NCBI GenBank assembly: GCA_963702835.1
Contig: OY969762.1
Location: 2,181,501-2,245,500, forward strand
Direction: 5' to 3'
Length of the DNA stretch: 64,000 nt
Source of the DNA: Candidatus Aminicenantes bacterium
GTDB taxonomy: Bacteria > Acidobacteriota > Aminicenantia > Aminicenantales > JAFGAV01
Shown here: in pieces, positions 26,179-35,000 of the stretch
Layout of the letters: each line of letters begins with the position of its first letter
Numbering within the stretch: position 1 is the first letter of the stretch
The notes under the pieces: generated by a model
The model's database searches: none
Told to the model about the DNA's origin: nothing
What the model saw: the letters and a program-made list of their open reading frames with translations, nothing else
Program-made: the position numbers and the translations under genes

Positions 26179-28590
26179 ATGCTGAAGCGAAAAATCCGGT
26201 TTGATTATCGAAGGCTCGTTATTTTGCTCATGAGCTTGGCCGCCTTGGGCGCGGCCGCCGCTCAGGAGCGCAGCGGGGAGGCTCGCCGCACTCTGACCGC
26301 CGCCGACTACGCCCAAGCCGAGAAGTTCATGCCCTACAGCGTGGCCACGCTGGTCTATCGGGCCGGGGTGCGCCCGGTGTGGCTCCCCGGCGACCGCTTC
26401 TGGTATAGGAACTCCATTGAAAACGAAGGGGGTGAATTCATCCTGGTCGACCCGGCGCCCGGGACCCGCGGGCCGGCCTTCAATCAGGCCGGGGTCGCTG
26501 CGGCTCTTTCGGCGCTCTCGGGGAAGACATATGACGGCTCCCACCTTCCCTTTACGATTTTTGAGTTCTCGGCGGACGGGAAGACGATCTCTTTCAGGGC
26601 GGATGGCCGAGGATGGTCGTGTGACCGGGAGGGCAAAACCTGCCGGCCCCTGGAGGGCCGCGGGGCGGCGCCCGCCGAAAGACAGGGCGGCCAAGGCGGC
26701 CGCTCCGGCGCGGCCGAGATCCCCGAGGTGCTGTCCCCGGATGGGCTTTTGGCCGCCTTCCTCCGCAGCGACAACCTCTGGGTCCGCGACGCCGTGACCG
26801 GCAGAGAAAAACAGCTCACCACGGACGGGGTGAAGGATTTCGGCTATGCCACCGATAATGCCGGCTGGATTAAAAGCGACCGGCCGGTCGTCCTCTGGTC
26901 GCCGGATTCCAAGAAGATCGCCACCTTTCAGCAGGATCAGCGCGGGGTCGGCGAGATGTATCTCGTCGAGACCAAGGTGGGCCGCCCCGTTTTGCAGGCC
27001 TGGAAATACCCGCTCCCGGGAGACGAGGTGGTGACGACCATCCAGCGCGTCATCATCCACCTCAACGGCCCGCGCACGGTCCGCTTGAAGATGCCGCCCG
27101 ACCAGCACCGCTCCACCTTTACCGACGATATCAAGTCGCGCACCGGCGTCATGGAGGATGTGCAGTGGAGTGCGGATGGATCACAATTCGCCTTCGTCTC
27201 GACCTCCCGCGATCACCAGCAAGAAGTGCTTCGCCTGGCCGAGGCCGAAACGGGTGATGTCCGCGACGTCTTCGAAGAGAAGGCCGCCACTTTCTTTGAG
27301 TCGGGGGACGACCGCGCCAACTGGCGCTTCCTTCCCGCATCGAAAGAAGTGATCTGGTTCTCCGAGCGCGACAACTGGGGGCAGCTCTATCTCTACGACC
27401 TGCAGACGGGCCGGCTGAAAAATCAGATGACCTCAGGCCCAGGGAACGTGACTCAGCTGCTGGCGGTCGACGAGAAAAACCGGTCGGTCACCTTTCTGGC
27501 CGTCGGCCGCGAAAAGAATCGCGACCCATACTTCCGGCATCTGTACCGCGTCGGGTTCGACGGCAAGAATCTTCGCCTGCTCACGCCGGAGGAGGCCGAC
27601 CACGAGGTCAGCCTGTCGCTCTCCGGCCGCTTTTTCGTCGACAGCTACTCGAAACCCGACCTTCCTCCGGTCGCTACGCTGCGGGACGCCCAGGGGAAGC
27701 TCCTCCTGACCCTCGAAAAATCCGATATTTCGCCTCTCCTGGCCGCCGGCTGGAAACCGCCCTTGCCCTTCACGGTCAAAGCCCGCGACGGCATCACCGA
27801 CCTTTACGGCCTGATGTTCCGGCCGACGAACTTCGACCCGGCTAAAAAGTATCCGATCATCAACAACATCTATCCGGGCCCGCAATCGGGCAGCATCGCC
27901 AGCCGCAGCTTCGTGCCCGCCCGCGGCGATACCCAAGCCCTGGCCGAGCTGGGGTTCATCGTCGTGCAGTTGGACGGGATGGGGACTCCCGGCCGCTCCA
28001 AGAAGTTCCACGAGACATATTACGGCAACATGGGCGACAACACGCTGCCCGACCAGGTAGCCGGAATGAAGCAGCTCGCCCAGCGCTACCCATGGATCGA
28101 CATTGACCGGGCGGGGATTTACGGCCACTCCGGCGGCGGCTACGCCGCCTGCGACGCGATGTTCCGCTATCCGGATTTCTTCAAGGTCGGCGTCTCCCAG
28201 GCGGGGAACCATGACAACCGCGTTTACGAGGACGACTGGGGGGAAAAGTGGCAAGGGCTGCTGGCGCGCAATCCCGACGGCACGACAAACTACGACGGCC
28301 AGGCCAACCAGAATATAGCCAAGAACCTCAAGGGGAAACTGCTGCTGGCCCACGGCACCCTGGACAACAACGTGCCGCCCTACAATACGCTGCTGGTGGT
28401 CAACGAGCTGATCAAGGCCAACAAGGATTTCGACCTGATCCTGTTGCCTAACCGCGGCCACGGGTTCGGGAGCGAGCCCTATATGGTGCGGCGGCGATGG
28501 GATTACTTTGTCCGGTACCTGCTGGGGCTCGAGCCGCCCAAGGAGTTCGAGCTGAAGCCTCCCGCCCCGCGGCCTGGCCCCCCGAGGTAA
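26179..28590 (+). CDS. S9B dipeptidyl-peptidase IV family serine peptidase
   Basis: 803 aa with a signal peptide and a DPP-IV N-terminal propeller-like region (WSPDSKKIATFQQDQRGVGEMYLV). The catalytic motif is GIYGHSGGGY, and a late GHG region is present. Confidence 0.85.
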   Translation: MLKRKIRFDYRRLVILLMSLAALGAAAAQERSGEARRTLTAADYAQAEKFMPYSVATLVYRAGVRPVWLPGDRFWYRNSIENEGGEFILVDPAPGTRGPAFNQAGVAAALSALSGKTYDGSHLPFTIFEFSADGKTISFRADGRGWSCDREGKTCRPLEGRGAAPAERQGGQGGRSGAAEIPEVLSPDGLLAAFLRSDNLWVRDAVTGREKQLTTDGVKDFGYATDNAGWIKSDRPVVLWSPDSKKIATFQQDQRGVGEMYLVETKVGRPVLQAWKYPLPGDEVVTTIQRVIIHLNGPRTVRLKMPPDQHRSTFTDDIKSRTGVMEDVQWSADGSQFAFVSTSRDHQQEVLRLAEAETGDVRDVFEEKAATFFESGDDRANWRFLPASKEVIWFSERDNWGQLYLYDLQTGRLKNQMTSGPGNVTQLLAVDEKNRSVTFLAVGREKNRDPYFRHLYRVGFDGKNLRLLTPEEADHEVSLSLSGRFFVDSYSKPDLPPVATLRDAQGKLLLTLEKSDISPLLAAGWKPPLPFTVKARDGITDLYGLMFRPTNFDPAKKYPIINNIYPGPQSGSIASRSFVPARGDTQALAELGFIVVQLDGMGTPGRSKKFHETYYGNMGDNTLPDQVAGMKQLAQRYPWIDIDRAGIYGHSGGGYAACDAMFRYPDFFKVGVSQAGNHDNRVYEDDWGEKWQGLLARNPDGTTNYDGQANQNIAKNLKGKLLLAHGTLDNNVPPYNTLLVVNELIKANKDFDLILLPNRGHGFGSEPYMVRRRWDYFVRYLLGLEPPKEFELKPPAPRPGPPR

Positions 28591-28658
28591 ACCGAGCGCT
28601 CTCCATATGATATTCTAGATATGACATTCTAGGGGCCGGTCCCAAAGAAGTGCCGGCT

Positions 28659-28688
28659 CAGGGCCGTCCAGCCTGGGCCCTGCTTTTT
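28659..28688 (+). terminator. Rho-independent terminator after the peptidase gene
   Basis: CAGGGCC (28659..28665), 10-nt loop (28666..28675), GGCCCTG (28676..28682), then CTTTTT (28683..28688). Confidence 0.6.
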
Positions 28689-28703
28689 CGGCCTGATGGG
28701 TTT

Positions 28704-29399
28704 TTACTTGGAGCGGAAACGGTAGCCGACGCCGTGCACGGTCAGGATGTGCCGGGGGTCGGCCGGGTGGTCTTCGACCTTCTGCCGGAGCTTGGCGATG
28801 TGCTGGTCCAGGGTGCGGGTGGTGCCCTCGTACTTGATCCCCCACACGGCGTCCAGCAGGGCGAACCTCTCCACGACTTCGCCGTCATGGTCCAGGAAGT
28901 GGCGCAGAAGCTGGAGCTCCCGGCCGGTGACGGTGAACGTCTTTTTCCCTCTTCGGCCCTCGTAAGTCCGGGGGTCGATCCTCACCCGGCCGAAGGCGAT
29001 GGGGCTCATGTCTTTGGCCGGCTTTTCCTCGCGGTTGCGGCGGAGTAGGGCCCGGACGCGGGCCAGGAGCTCGCTGACGCCGAAGGGCTTGACCACATAG
29101 TCATCCGCGCCGAGCTCCAGCCCGGCCACCTTGTCCGCCTCCTGACCCTTGGCCGTCAGCATCAAGATGGGCGTCAGGGAGTCTTGGGCTCGGATCTCGC
29201 GGCAAACGTCGTAGCCGCTTTTCTCCGGGATCATGATGTCGAGCAGGATCAGGTTCGGCCGAGCTTGGGCATAGGCTCGCAGGGCCTCTTTCCCATCCTC
29301 GGCCGCCGCGACTTCGTATCCTTCCCCGCGCAGTAAGTCCACCAGTCCGGTGAGAATAGGCCGGTCGTCCTCGACCACCAGGACCTTCACTTTTTTCAT
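28704..29399 (-). CDS. OmpR/PhoB-family response regulator
   Basis: 231 aa with a receiver domain (VLVVEDD...LLDIMIP...LTAKG) and a winged-helix output (LDQHIAKLRQKVE...ILTVHGVGY). Confidence 0.9.
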   Translation of the reverse strand: MKKVKVLVVEDDRPILTGLVDLLRGEGYEVAAAEDGKEALRAYAQARPNLILLDIMIPEKSGYDVCREIRAQDSLTPILMLTAKGQEADKVAGLELGADDYVVKPFGVSELLARVRALLRRNREEKPAKDMSPIAFGRVRIDPRTYEGRRGKKTFTVTGRELQLLRHFLDHDGEVVERFALLDAVWGIKYEGTTRTLDQHIAKLRQKVEDHPADPRHILTVHGVGYRFRSK

Positions 29400-31402
29400 G
29401 ATGGCTCGCTCCGGGGCAGCCGGAGCTCGAACACGCTGCCGCCGCCCTCTCGGGGCGCATAGGTGATGTCGCCGCCGTGGTCTCGGGCGATGCGGCGGGC
29501 GATAGGCAACCCCAGGCCGGTGCCTTTGGTCCGGGAGGTAAGCGATTCATCGGCGCGGTAGAATTCCTGGAAGATTTTCTTGGCTTGGGCGGCGGGCACT
29601 CCCACTCCCCTGTCCTTGACCCGGAGGCAGGCCAGGCTTCCTTGGGAAGAGACCTCGACCTCAATCTCTTGGCGGGCCTCGGAGTACTTCTCGGCGTTCG
29701 ACAGCAGGTTCAGGACGGCCTGCTTGATGGCCTCTTCGTCGGCCCGGACGAAAACGGGCTCGGCCGCTTGCCGCAGCTCGACCTTGAACCCGTTGTGTTC
29801 CAGCCGGAGGCGCTGGCTTTGGACCAGGTCTTGGGCCAGTCGGTTCGCCTCCAGGAGCTTGGAGCTGTACTGCTTCTGCCCCTTCTCCAGCCGCGAGAAA
29901 TCAAGGACGTTGTTGATAAGCCGGGTCAAACGGTCGGTCTCCGAGACCATCAGGTCAAGGTATTGCTCCCGGCGCCGCGGGTCGGGCTGACGTCCCTCCT
30001 TAAGCATCTCGGCGAACATGCGGATCGAGGTCAGGGGCGTCTTGAGCTCGTGGGAAACGTTGGTGACGAAGGTCGTCTTCTTGCGGGCCAGGTCCATTTC
30101 GCTGCGGAGCGTCCGCAGCACCAGAGTGCCGCCGGCCAGGATGGACACCAGGAAGGTCAGGACCAGTGCCCACAAGACAAAGGCGGTCAGGTCGACTCGG
30201 GAGCGGATGAGGCCGGGGTCGGTCAGGTAGGCCGCCGCTTCCCAGCGGGGGAGAAGTGCGCTGATCTCCCGCGAGACGAAGGGCCGGCGCCAGTCGCGGG
30301 CCTGTTTCTCCCGGGGAGTGACCAGCGGCCGGCCGGCTTCGTCCAGAACGGTCAGCACCCGGGAGGCGGTAAAGGCCGCCGGCAGGCGGCCGGTGAGCCG
30401 GGCCCGGAGCACAGCCTCCTCGATGACGCAGCCCACGATCCGGCCGCCCCCGTCCTTTTTCCAAAAGAAGAGGCTGAAGTCTTCACCGAGAAAGCGGGGA
30501 ATCAGGCCGGATTCCCGGCCGGCAATGATCTGGCTGAATTTTTTCGGCTCGGAGATGAATATCGACTCCGGCCGCTTGCCCTTTTCCGGCCGGGCCTCGC
30601 CCGCGCCGGGCGCGACGTTTCGCAGCGTGGGCTGCTGGCCCCGTTCCCGCGCCTGCTGATAGACCTGCTGCCGGATATTCTCATTCTCCTCAAAGTCTCT
30701 CACGGCCTGCTGGCTCTTGAGGGAGTCGGCCTGGGCCTCCTGCGGCTGCGGGCCGGGGGATGCCTTCCGCCTATCCTGGGAAGTGGCTGGAGGGGCGCCG
30801 GCCGCTTTATTCTCGTCCTTTTTTTCGGCCATCGACATAGTTTTAGAAATAGCGGAAGGCTGAGCCTCGGCCTGCCGCGTTTCAACCTGGCCCGGCTTGG
30901 TCTCGGCTTCGACCTGGGCGCCGGAGGGAAGCTGGGCCAGCCCGGCGATCTCCGTCTGGTAGACGACGGCGATGTTCTGATAAACCGGGATTTCCTTCTG
31001 GTTCGTGACGAACTCCCTATTCCTGTTGATGAAAGCGAGTTCATCCGGGGATGAAGCGGACGATGGATTTGGCCAAAGGATCTCAAACTGGGGGGACAGG
31101 AGGAAGGGCGTGCGGACCAGGGGGGTCGCCTCTTTCCATTGGGCGAAGGGTAGGCGCGCGTTATCCGCGGCAACCGAGGGAGCCGTCCGGTCAAGCTCCT
31201 CCCGGACCCGGTCCAGCTCGTCGGTCATGAGCCCGACCACATGGACCAGCTCGGCGGAGAAGGTCCGTTCGTATTGTCTTTCAATAAAGGCCTCCTCCCG
31301 GTTGATGGCCCGGACGGCCAGGAAGGCCAGGAGCGCCGCCGGGATGACCACGGCCACGATGAACAGAAGCCGCAGATGAGAGGAGAGCCTGGGTTTCTTC
31401 AT
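29396..31402 (-). CDS. Sensor histidine kinase
   Basis: H-box SHELKTPLTSI, N-box LLSNAEKY, G-boxes DRGVGV and GTGLGL, two TM helices and a Q/P/A-rich low-complexity stretch. ATG 31402 is preferred; the track uses TTG 31441. Confidence 0.85.
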   Translation of the reverse strand: MKKPRLSSHLRLLFIVAVVIPAALLAFLAVRAINREEAFIERQYERTFSAELVHVVGLMTDELDRVREELDRTAPSVAADNARLPFAQWKEATPLVRTPFLLSPQFEILWPNPSSASSPDELAFINRNREFVTNQKEIPVYQNIAVVYQTEIAGLAQLPSGAQVEAETKPGQVETRQAEAQPSAISKTMSMAEKKDENKAAGAPPATSQDRRKASPGPQPQEAQADSLKSQQAVRDFEENENIRQQVYQQARERGQQPTLRNVAPGAGEARPEKGKRPESIFISEPKKFSQIIAGRESGLIPRFLGEDFSLFFWKKDGGGRIVGCVIEEAVLRARLTGRLPAAFTASRVLTVLDEAGRPLVTPREKQARDWRRPFVSREISALLPRWEAAAYLTDPGLIRSRVDLTAFVLWALVLTFLVSILAGGTLVLRTLRSEMDLARKKTTFVTNVSHELKTPLTSIRMFAEMLKEGRQPDPRRREQYLDLMVSETDRLTRLINNVLDFSRLEKGQKQYSSKLLEANRLAQDLVQSQRLRLEHNGFKVELRQAAEPVFVRADEEAIKQAVLNLLSNAEKYSEARQEIEVEVSSQGSLACLRVKDRGVGVPAAQAKKIFQEFYRADESLTSRTKGTGLGLPIARRIARDHGGDITYAPREGGGSVFELRLPRSEPS

Positions 31403-31494
31403 TTTAAATCTATCATCCCATGTCCGTCTGGGCCATTTCAAGACGGCACCGGCTCTTTTACGAATTGTGTGCTTAGTCCCCTATTGTTGCGGAC

Positions 31495-31936
31495 GGCCTG
31501 GGGGAGGAGCGAGGCGCCATGAGCGGTTTAGCCACGAAATCTTTTTGGAGGGGGAACCCGCTTCGCGTTTCCCCCTTCCAACGGGAGCTGCGCTCCCTGC
31601 CTCCCTTTCTCGGGCGCGGCTCCAGCCGCGCCCTGCGACCAAGGGGACGTCTCCCCTTGGAACCCCTGACGATCGGCTAGACGCCGATCGTCGACGGGTT
31701 TCGAAGGCTGCTGACATATTCTTGTCGGCAGGTGAGCAGCCTGAGCTTCCGCAGGAAGCGAGTTGCGCAACCGCCGAGAAAATGCCGGAGACACCCCCTA
31801 TTTCGAACTGAAATTTACTTAATCCCCTAGAGCCCCCTTTGCCAATAAAGGGGGCGAAAGGTAGGTGTCTCCGGAGAGGTCGGAGAATCCGCGGCGTGAA
31901 GAACCGCGGCCAGGCGCCGAGCCCTTCATCCAGGCC
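31495..31936. repeat. Repeat family R1, copy A (expanded by two insertions)
   Basis: Shares with 53576..53769 these blocks: GGCCTGGGGGAGGAG(C/T)GAGGCGCCATGAGCGGTTTAGCC; GGGTTTCGAAGGCT; TTGTCGGCAGG; GCGAGTTGCGCA(A/G)CCGCCGAGAAA; CCGCGGCGT..AACCGCGGCCAGGCGCCGAGCCCTTC. The termini are imperfect inverted repeats. Confidence 0.8.
31785..31883. repeat. Repeat family R2, copy 1 (nested inside R1 copy A)
   Basis: CCGGAGACACC (31785..31795) pairs with GGTGTCTCCGG (31864..31874), then AGAGGTCGG follows. Internal hairpin GCCCCCTTT-gccaat-AAAGGGGGC. Alignable to 54857..54954. Confidence 0.75.
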
Positions 31937-32090
31937 ATCTATCCCTATCCCACTTTTCGTCATTGAGCCGAAATGCCTGAAGCTAATATTCCAGAAAAAC
32001 TCAGCCATAAAAACAGCACCGGGCGCCCTTCTCAACGGGCGTCCGGTGCCGTGGCCCATGGTCAACACAATCTCAGCGAGACCGCTGCTC

Positions 32091-33140
32091 TTACCGGATA
32101 ACGGGCATCCTCTGCTCCGGACTATCGCCGATTTTCACCTTGCTCTCATCCTGGGGAAAACCGGTCAGGTGAATGACCGCCTCTTGGTGGACCAGGGCTT
32201 TGACCATGACGGCCGAGTCGGAAGCTTCCAGCTCATAACCCAGGTCCAAGGCCGCTTTGCGTCTGTACTCCTTGCCGGCCAGGCCTTTCAAGAAATCGGC
32301 CGCCTCCTTCTGGCCGATATGGCCTTGTGGGTCGCCCTGCAGGGCGGACAGCGCCGAGGACCGCAGGATCTTCGGCCACTGCTTCTTGAAGAGGGCGGCG
32401 TTGGCGAAGACATCCATGCTGACAATCCGGCTGCCCACGCCGATGACCACGCCGACCGTGTCCTCGGCCAGGCGCAATTCTTCATTCATTTTGCGCTCGA
32501 TGCCGGAGATGGCCGCTTGGTTTTCTTTATTGTCGTAGGCGTCCTGATAGGCGCTGGTGCCGGAGGCCACGTTCAGCTTTTCATTCTGAGCCCGGACCTC
32601 GCTCCAGATCTCGGACTGGGCGGCGGGCGCTTGTTCAGCAGCCTTGGCCCGGAGCTTGTAGGTCCCCAGGTTGGATTTGCTGTAAAAATTCTGGGAGGTA
32701 TAGACCCAGCGTCCCTGCTCCACGCAGAACACGGAGACCATCAGGTTGTGGGTGGCCGGGCCGAGCAGCACATCCTGGGCCAGGATGCGGTCTTGGCGGG
32801 CGCCGGTCAGGATCTCTCCGCCCATCAGGAACAGGACGTGCTTGGACAGGTTGGAGATCTTGACCTGGGGCACACGGCCGCCCTCCACCTCAGTGACCTC
32901 GATCCATTTCATCTTCAGGGCCTCTTCCAGAGTGACGTACTCGCTCTGGTCGAAGACCTTCCGGGTGTAAACGGGGATGATGGTCAATCCCTTGGTGCTG
33001 ACCGGCTTCCCCACTTCCAGCACGCGGATGAGCGAGGCCACCGGATTGTCCTGGTCCGCCCGGGCCGCCGGCCCGGCGGTGAAGGCCGGCAGCATCAAAA
33101 ACAAAGTCAAAATTCCCATAAGAGCCAGTATGCGTTTCAT
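32091..33140 (-). CDS. Exported DUF6569 / ARPP-1-like protein
   Basis: Signal peptide MKRILALMGILTLFLMLPAF after an AAGGAG RBS (ATG 33140). The segment ...YVTLEEAL...IEVTEV...GGEILTGARQDRIL...VFCVEQGRW matches my recollection of the DUF6569 consensus (LDEAL, GEeLvGAkQNR, VSCVEQGRW). Confidence 0.55.
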   Translation of the reverse strand: MKRILALMGILTLFLMLPAFTAGPAARADQDNPVASLIRVLEVGKPVSTKGLTIIPVYTRKVFDQSEYVTLEEALKMKWIEVTEVEGGRVPQVKISNLSKHVLFLMGGEILTGARQDRILAQDVLLGPATHNLMVSVFCVEQGRWVYTSQNFYSKSNLGTYKLRAKAAEQAPAAQSEIWSEVRAQNEKLNVASGTSAYQDAYDNKENQAAISGIERKMNEELRLAEDTVGVVIGVGSRIVSMDVFANAALFKKQWPKILRSSALSALQGDPQGHIGQKEAADFLKGLAGKEYRRKAALDLGYELEASDSAVMVKALVHQEAVIHLTGFPQDESKVKIGDSPEQRMPVIR

Positions 33141-33264
33141 TTTCGTTTTCTCCTTTCTGGCTTCTTCGTTGAGGTGCATTGTCATCACCTTCCACACTCT
33201 TTATACAAGCCGGAGGAAGAGGATGTGTCACCGGAGGGTAAAAGAATTGTAAAAAAAACGTAAA

Positions 33265-34941
33265 TCAGGCGGTCCGTTTGATAATGACCAGGGTGGTGTC
33301 GTCGAAAGGATTGACGCCGGCGGTGAATTCCAGGAACAGCGCCTTAAGCTCCTGCAGGATTTCGTTTGCCGGCCGGTGGAAGTTGCGCCGGAGGAAGTCG
33401 ATGATCCGCTCCTCGCCTAGCTCCTGGCCGGATTTGTTGCGGCTCTCGGTCAGGCCGTCGGTAAAGATCAGGATGATATCTCCGCTCTCCACCTTGGTCT
33501 GCTTGGCCTCGTAGGCGGAACCGGGGAACATGCCCAGGCACAGGCCGCAGGGATCCAGGTGCTCGGTCTTGCCCCGGCTGTTGAGGACCACCGGCGGGTT
33601 GTGCCCGGCGTTGACGTAGCGTACCTCGCCCGTCCTGAGGTTGAGCTCACAGAAGACAAAGGTGATGAAGCTGTTGGCCGCCGAAGAGCGGTGGACGAAT
33701 TCGTTCAGCCGGGCGGTCATGGCCGTCAGGTTGTAGCCGGGGTTGAGCTCGGTATGGAGGGAAGCCCGCAGGGAGGCCATGAGCAGGGCGGCGCTGACGC
33801 CCTTGCCCGAAACGTCGGCCACCACGATGCCCATCCGTTCGTGGTCTATGGGGATAAAATCGAAATAATCTCCGCCCACCTCGTAGCAGGGCAGGTTGAG
33901 GCCGGACACCTCGAACCCCTTCATCAGGGGGCTGTCCTTGGGCATGAAGTCGCGCTGGATCTGAGCGGCCAGGGCCAGCTCCTTATCCATGCGTTCCTTC
34001 TCTATGATTTGTTCCACCTTGCGGGAATTCTCGATCTTGACCGCGGCCAGGTTCGACAGCAGCGTCAGCAGCCGCAGGTCCTCCTCGGAAAACTGTTCGA
34101 GATGTGAGACGCGGTCGGCGTAGATGATGCCGATGACCTTCTCGTTGTTCCACAGGGGCACGCAGGCCGCCGAATGGATATGGGAGGTGATGATGCTGTC
34201 CCGAGCCTTGAAGCGGGGGTCGGTCGAGGCGTCCAAAGTCCTCACTGCCAGTTGCTGCTCATTGGCCATATTGACGATCGTCTGGCTGAGCAGCAGCTTC
34301 TGGTTCTTCAGGCTCGGCTCATTGATGCGGACCACTTTGGGGATGAGCTGCTCGGGGCTGCCTTCCTTGAGCAGGAGCACGCCGCGGTCCATGGGCAGGT
34401 ACTGGCAGATGAGGTCCATGATGTAGTCCAGCAGCTCGCCCAGCGGGCGGTGGAGGAGAAGAGCCTGGCTGACCTCGGTCATGACCGCGTACATCCTGTG
34501 CTCGGCCCTGAGGCGCTCCAGGTCCTCGGGCTTGGCCAGGGCCCGCGTGGCCGGCTGGTCGGCCGGTTTCTTCAGAATTTCGTTGAGCCGCATGATGGTG
34601 TTGAAGCTGGTGGAGGGTAGGGGGCCGTCGGACACCTCGACGTTGGTCAGAAGCTGCCGGTCCAAGCTGAGGCGCGTTTGGCCCAGGAGGATCTCATCCC
34701 CGGGCCGGATTTCGACTTCGCCGGCCACCCGCTTGCCGTTGAGGAAGATGCCGTTCTTGCTGCCGGCGTCCCGAATCAGGTACCGGCCTTCGCTCTGGAC
34801 CAGGACCGCGTGGCGGCTGGAGCAGAAGGGATCGGGCAGGGCCAGGGTGTTGTCCGCCGAACGGCCTATGGACACCTCGCCCCGGCCCAGGGGAATGGTC
34901 AGCGCATCGCCCCTTTTAGGATAAACATACAGGGTGGCCAT
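33265..34941 (-). CDS. FHA-GAF-PP2C (SpoIIE/RsbU-type) serine phosphatase
   Basis: 558 aa with an N-terminal FHA domain (GRSADNTLALPD...SSRHAVL...DAGSKNGIFLNGKRV), a central GAF-like region and a C-terminal PP2C/SpoIIE domain (GGDYFDF...VADVSGKG...FTDGLTE). Confidence 0.85.
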   Translation of the reverse strand: MATLYVYPKRGDALTIPLGRGEVSIGRSADNTLALPDPFCSSRHAVLVQSEGRYLIRDAGSKNGIFLNGKRVAGEVEIRPGDEILLGQTRLSLDRQLLTNVEVSDGPLPSTSFNTIMRLNEILKKPADQPATRALAKPEDLERLRAEHRMYAVMTEVSQALLLHRPLGELLDYIMDLICQYLPMDRGVLLLKEGSPEQLIPKVVRINEPSLKNQKLLLSQTIVNMANEQQLAVRTLDASTDPRFKARDSIITSHIHSAACVPLWNNEKVIGIIYADRVSHLEQFSEEDLRLLTLLSNLAAVKIENSRKVEQIIEKERMDKELALAAQIQRDFMPKDSPLMKGFEVSGLNLPCYEVGGDYFDFIPIDHERMGIVVADVSGKGVSAALLMASLRASLHTELNPGYNLTAMTARLNEFVHRSSAANSFITFVFCELNLRTGEVRYVNAGHNPPVVLNSRGKTEHLDPCGLCLGMFPGSAYEAKQTKVESGDIILIFTDGLTESRNKSGQELGEERIIDFLRRNFHRPANEILQELKALFLEFTAGVNPFDDTTLVIIKRTA

Positions 34942-35000
34942 GTTCGGTCGAGCGCTTTGATTGTAGCCGGGCGGCGGTCAAAATTCAAGAAGGTGAGGAA

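Noticed and set aside
31467-32068. ORFs inside the R1/R2 repeat regions (31467..31811 +, 31481..32068 -, 31528..31794 -, and 53693..54145 +), which share the peptide RGVKNRGQAPSPS.
   Set aside because: The shared peptide is simply the translated repeat DNA. The ORFs have no start context, are low in complexity, and cross hairpin-dense sequence.
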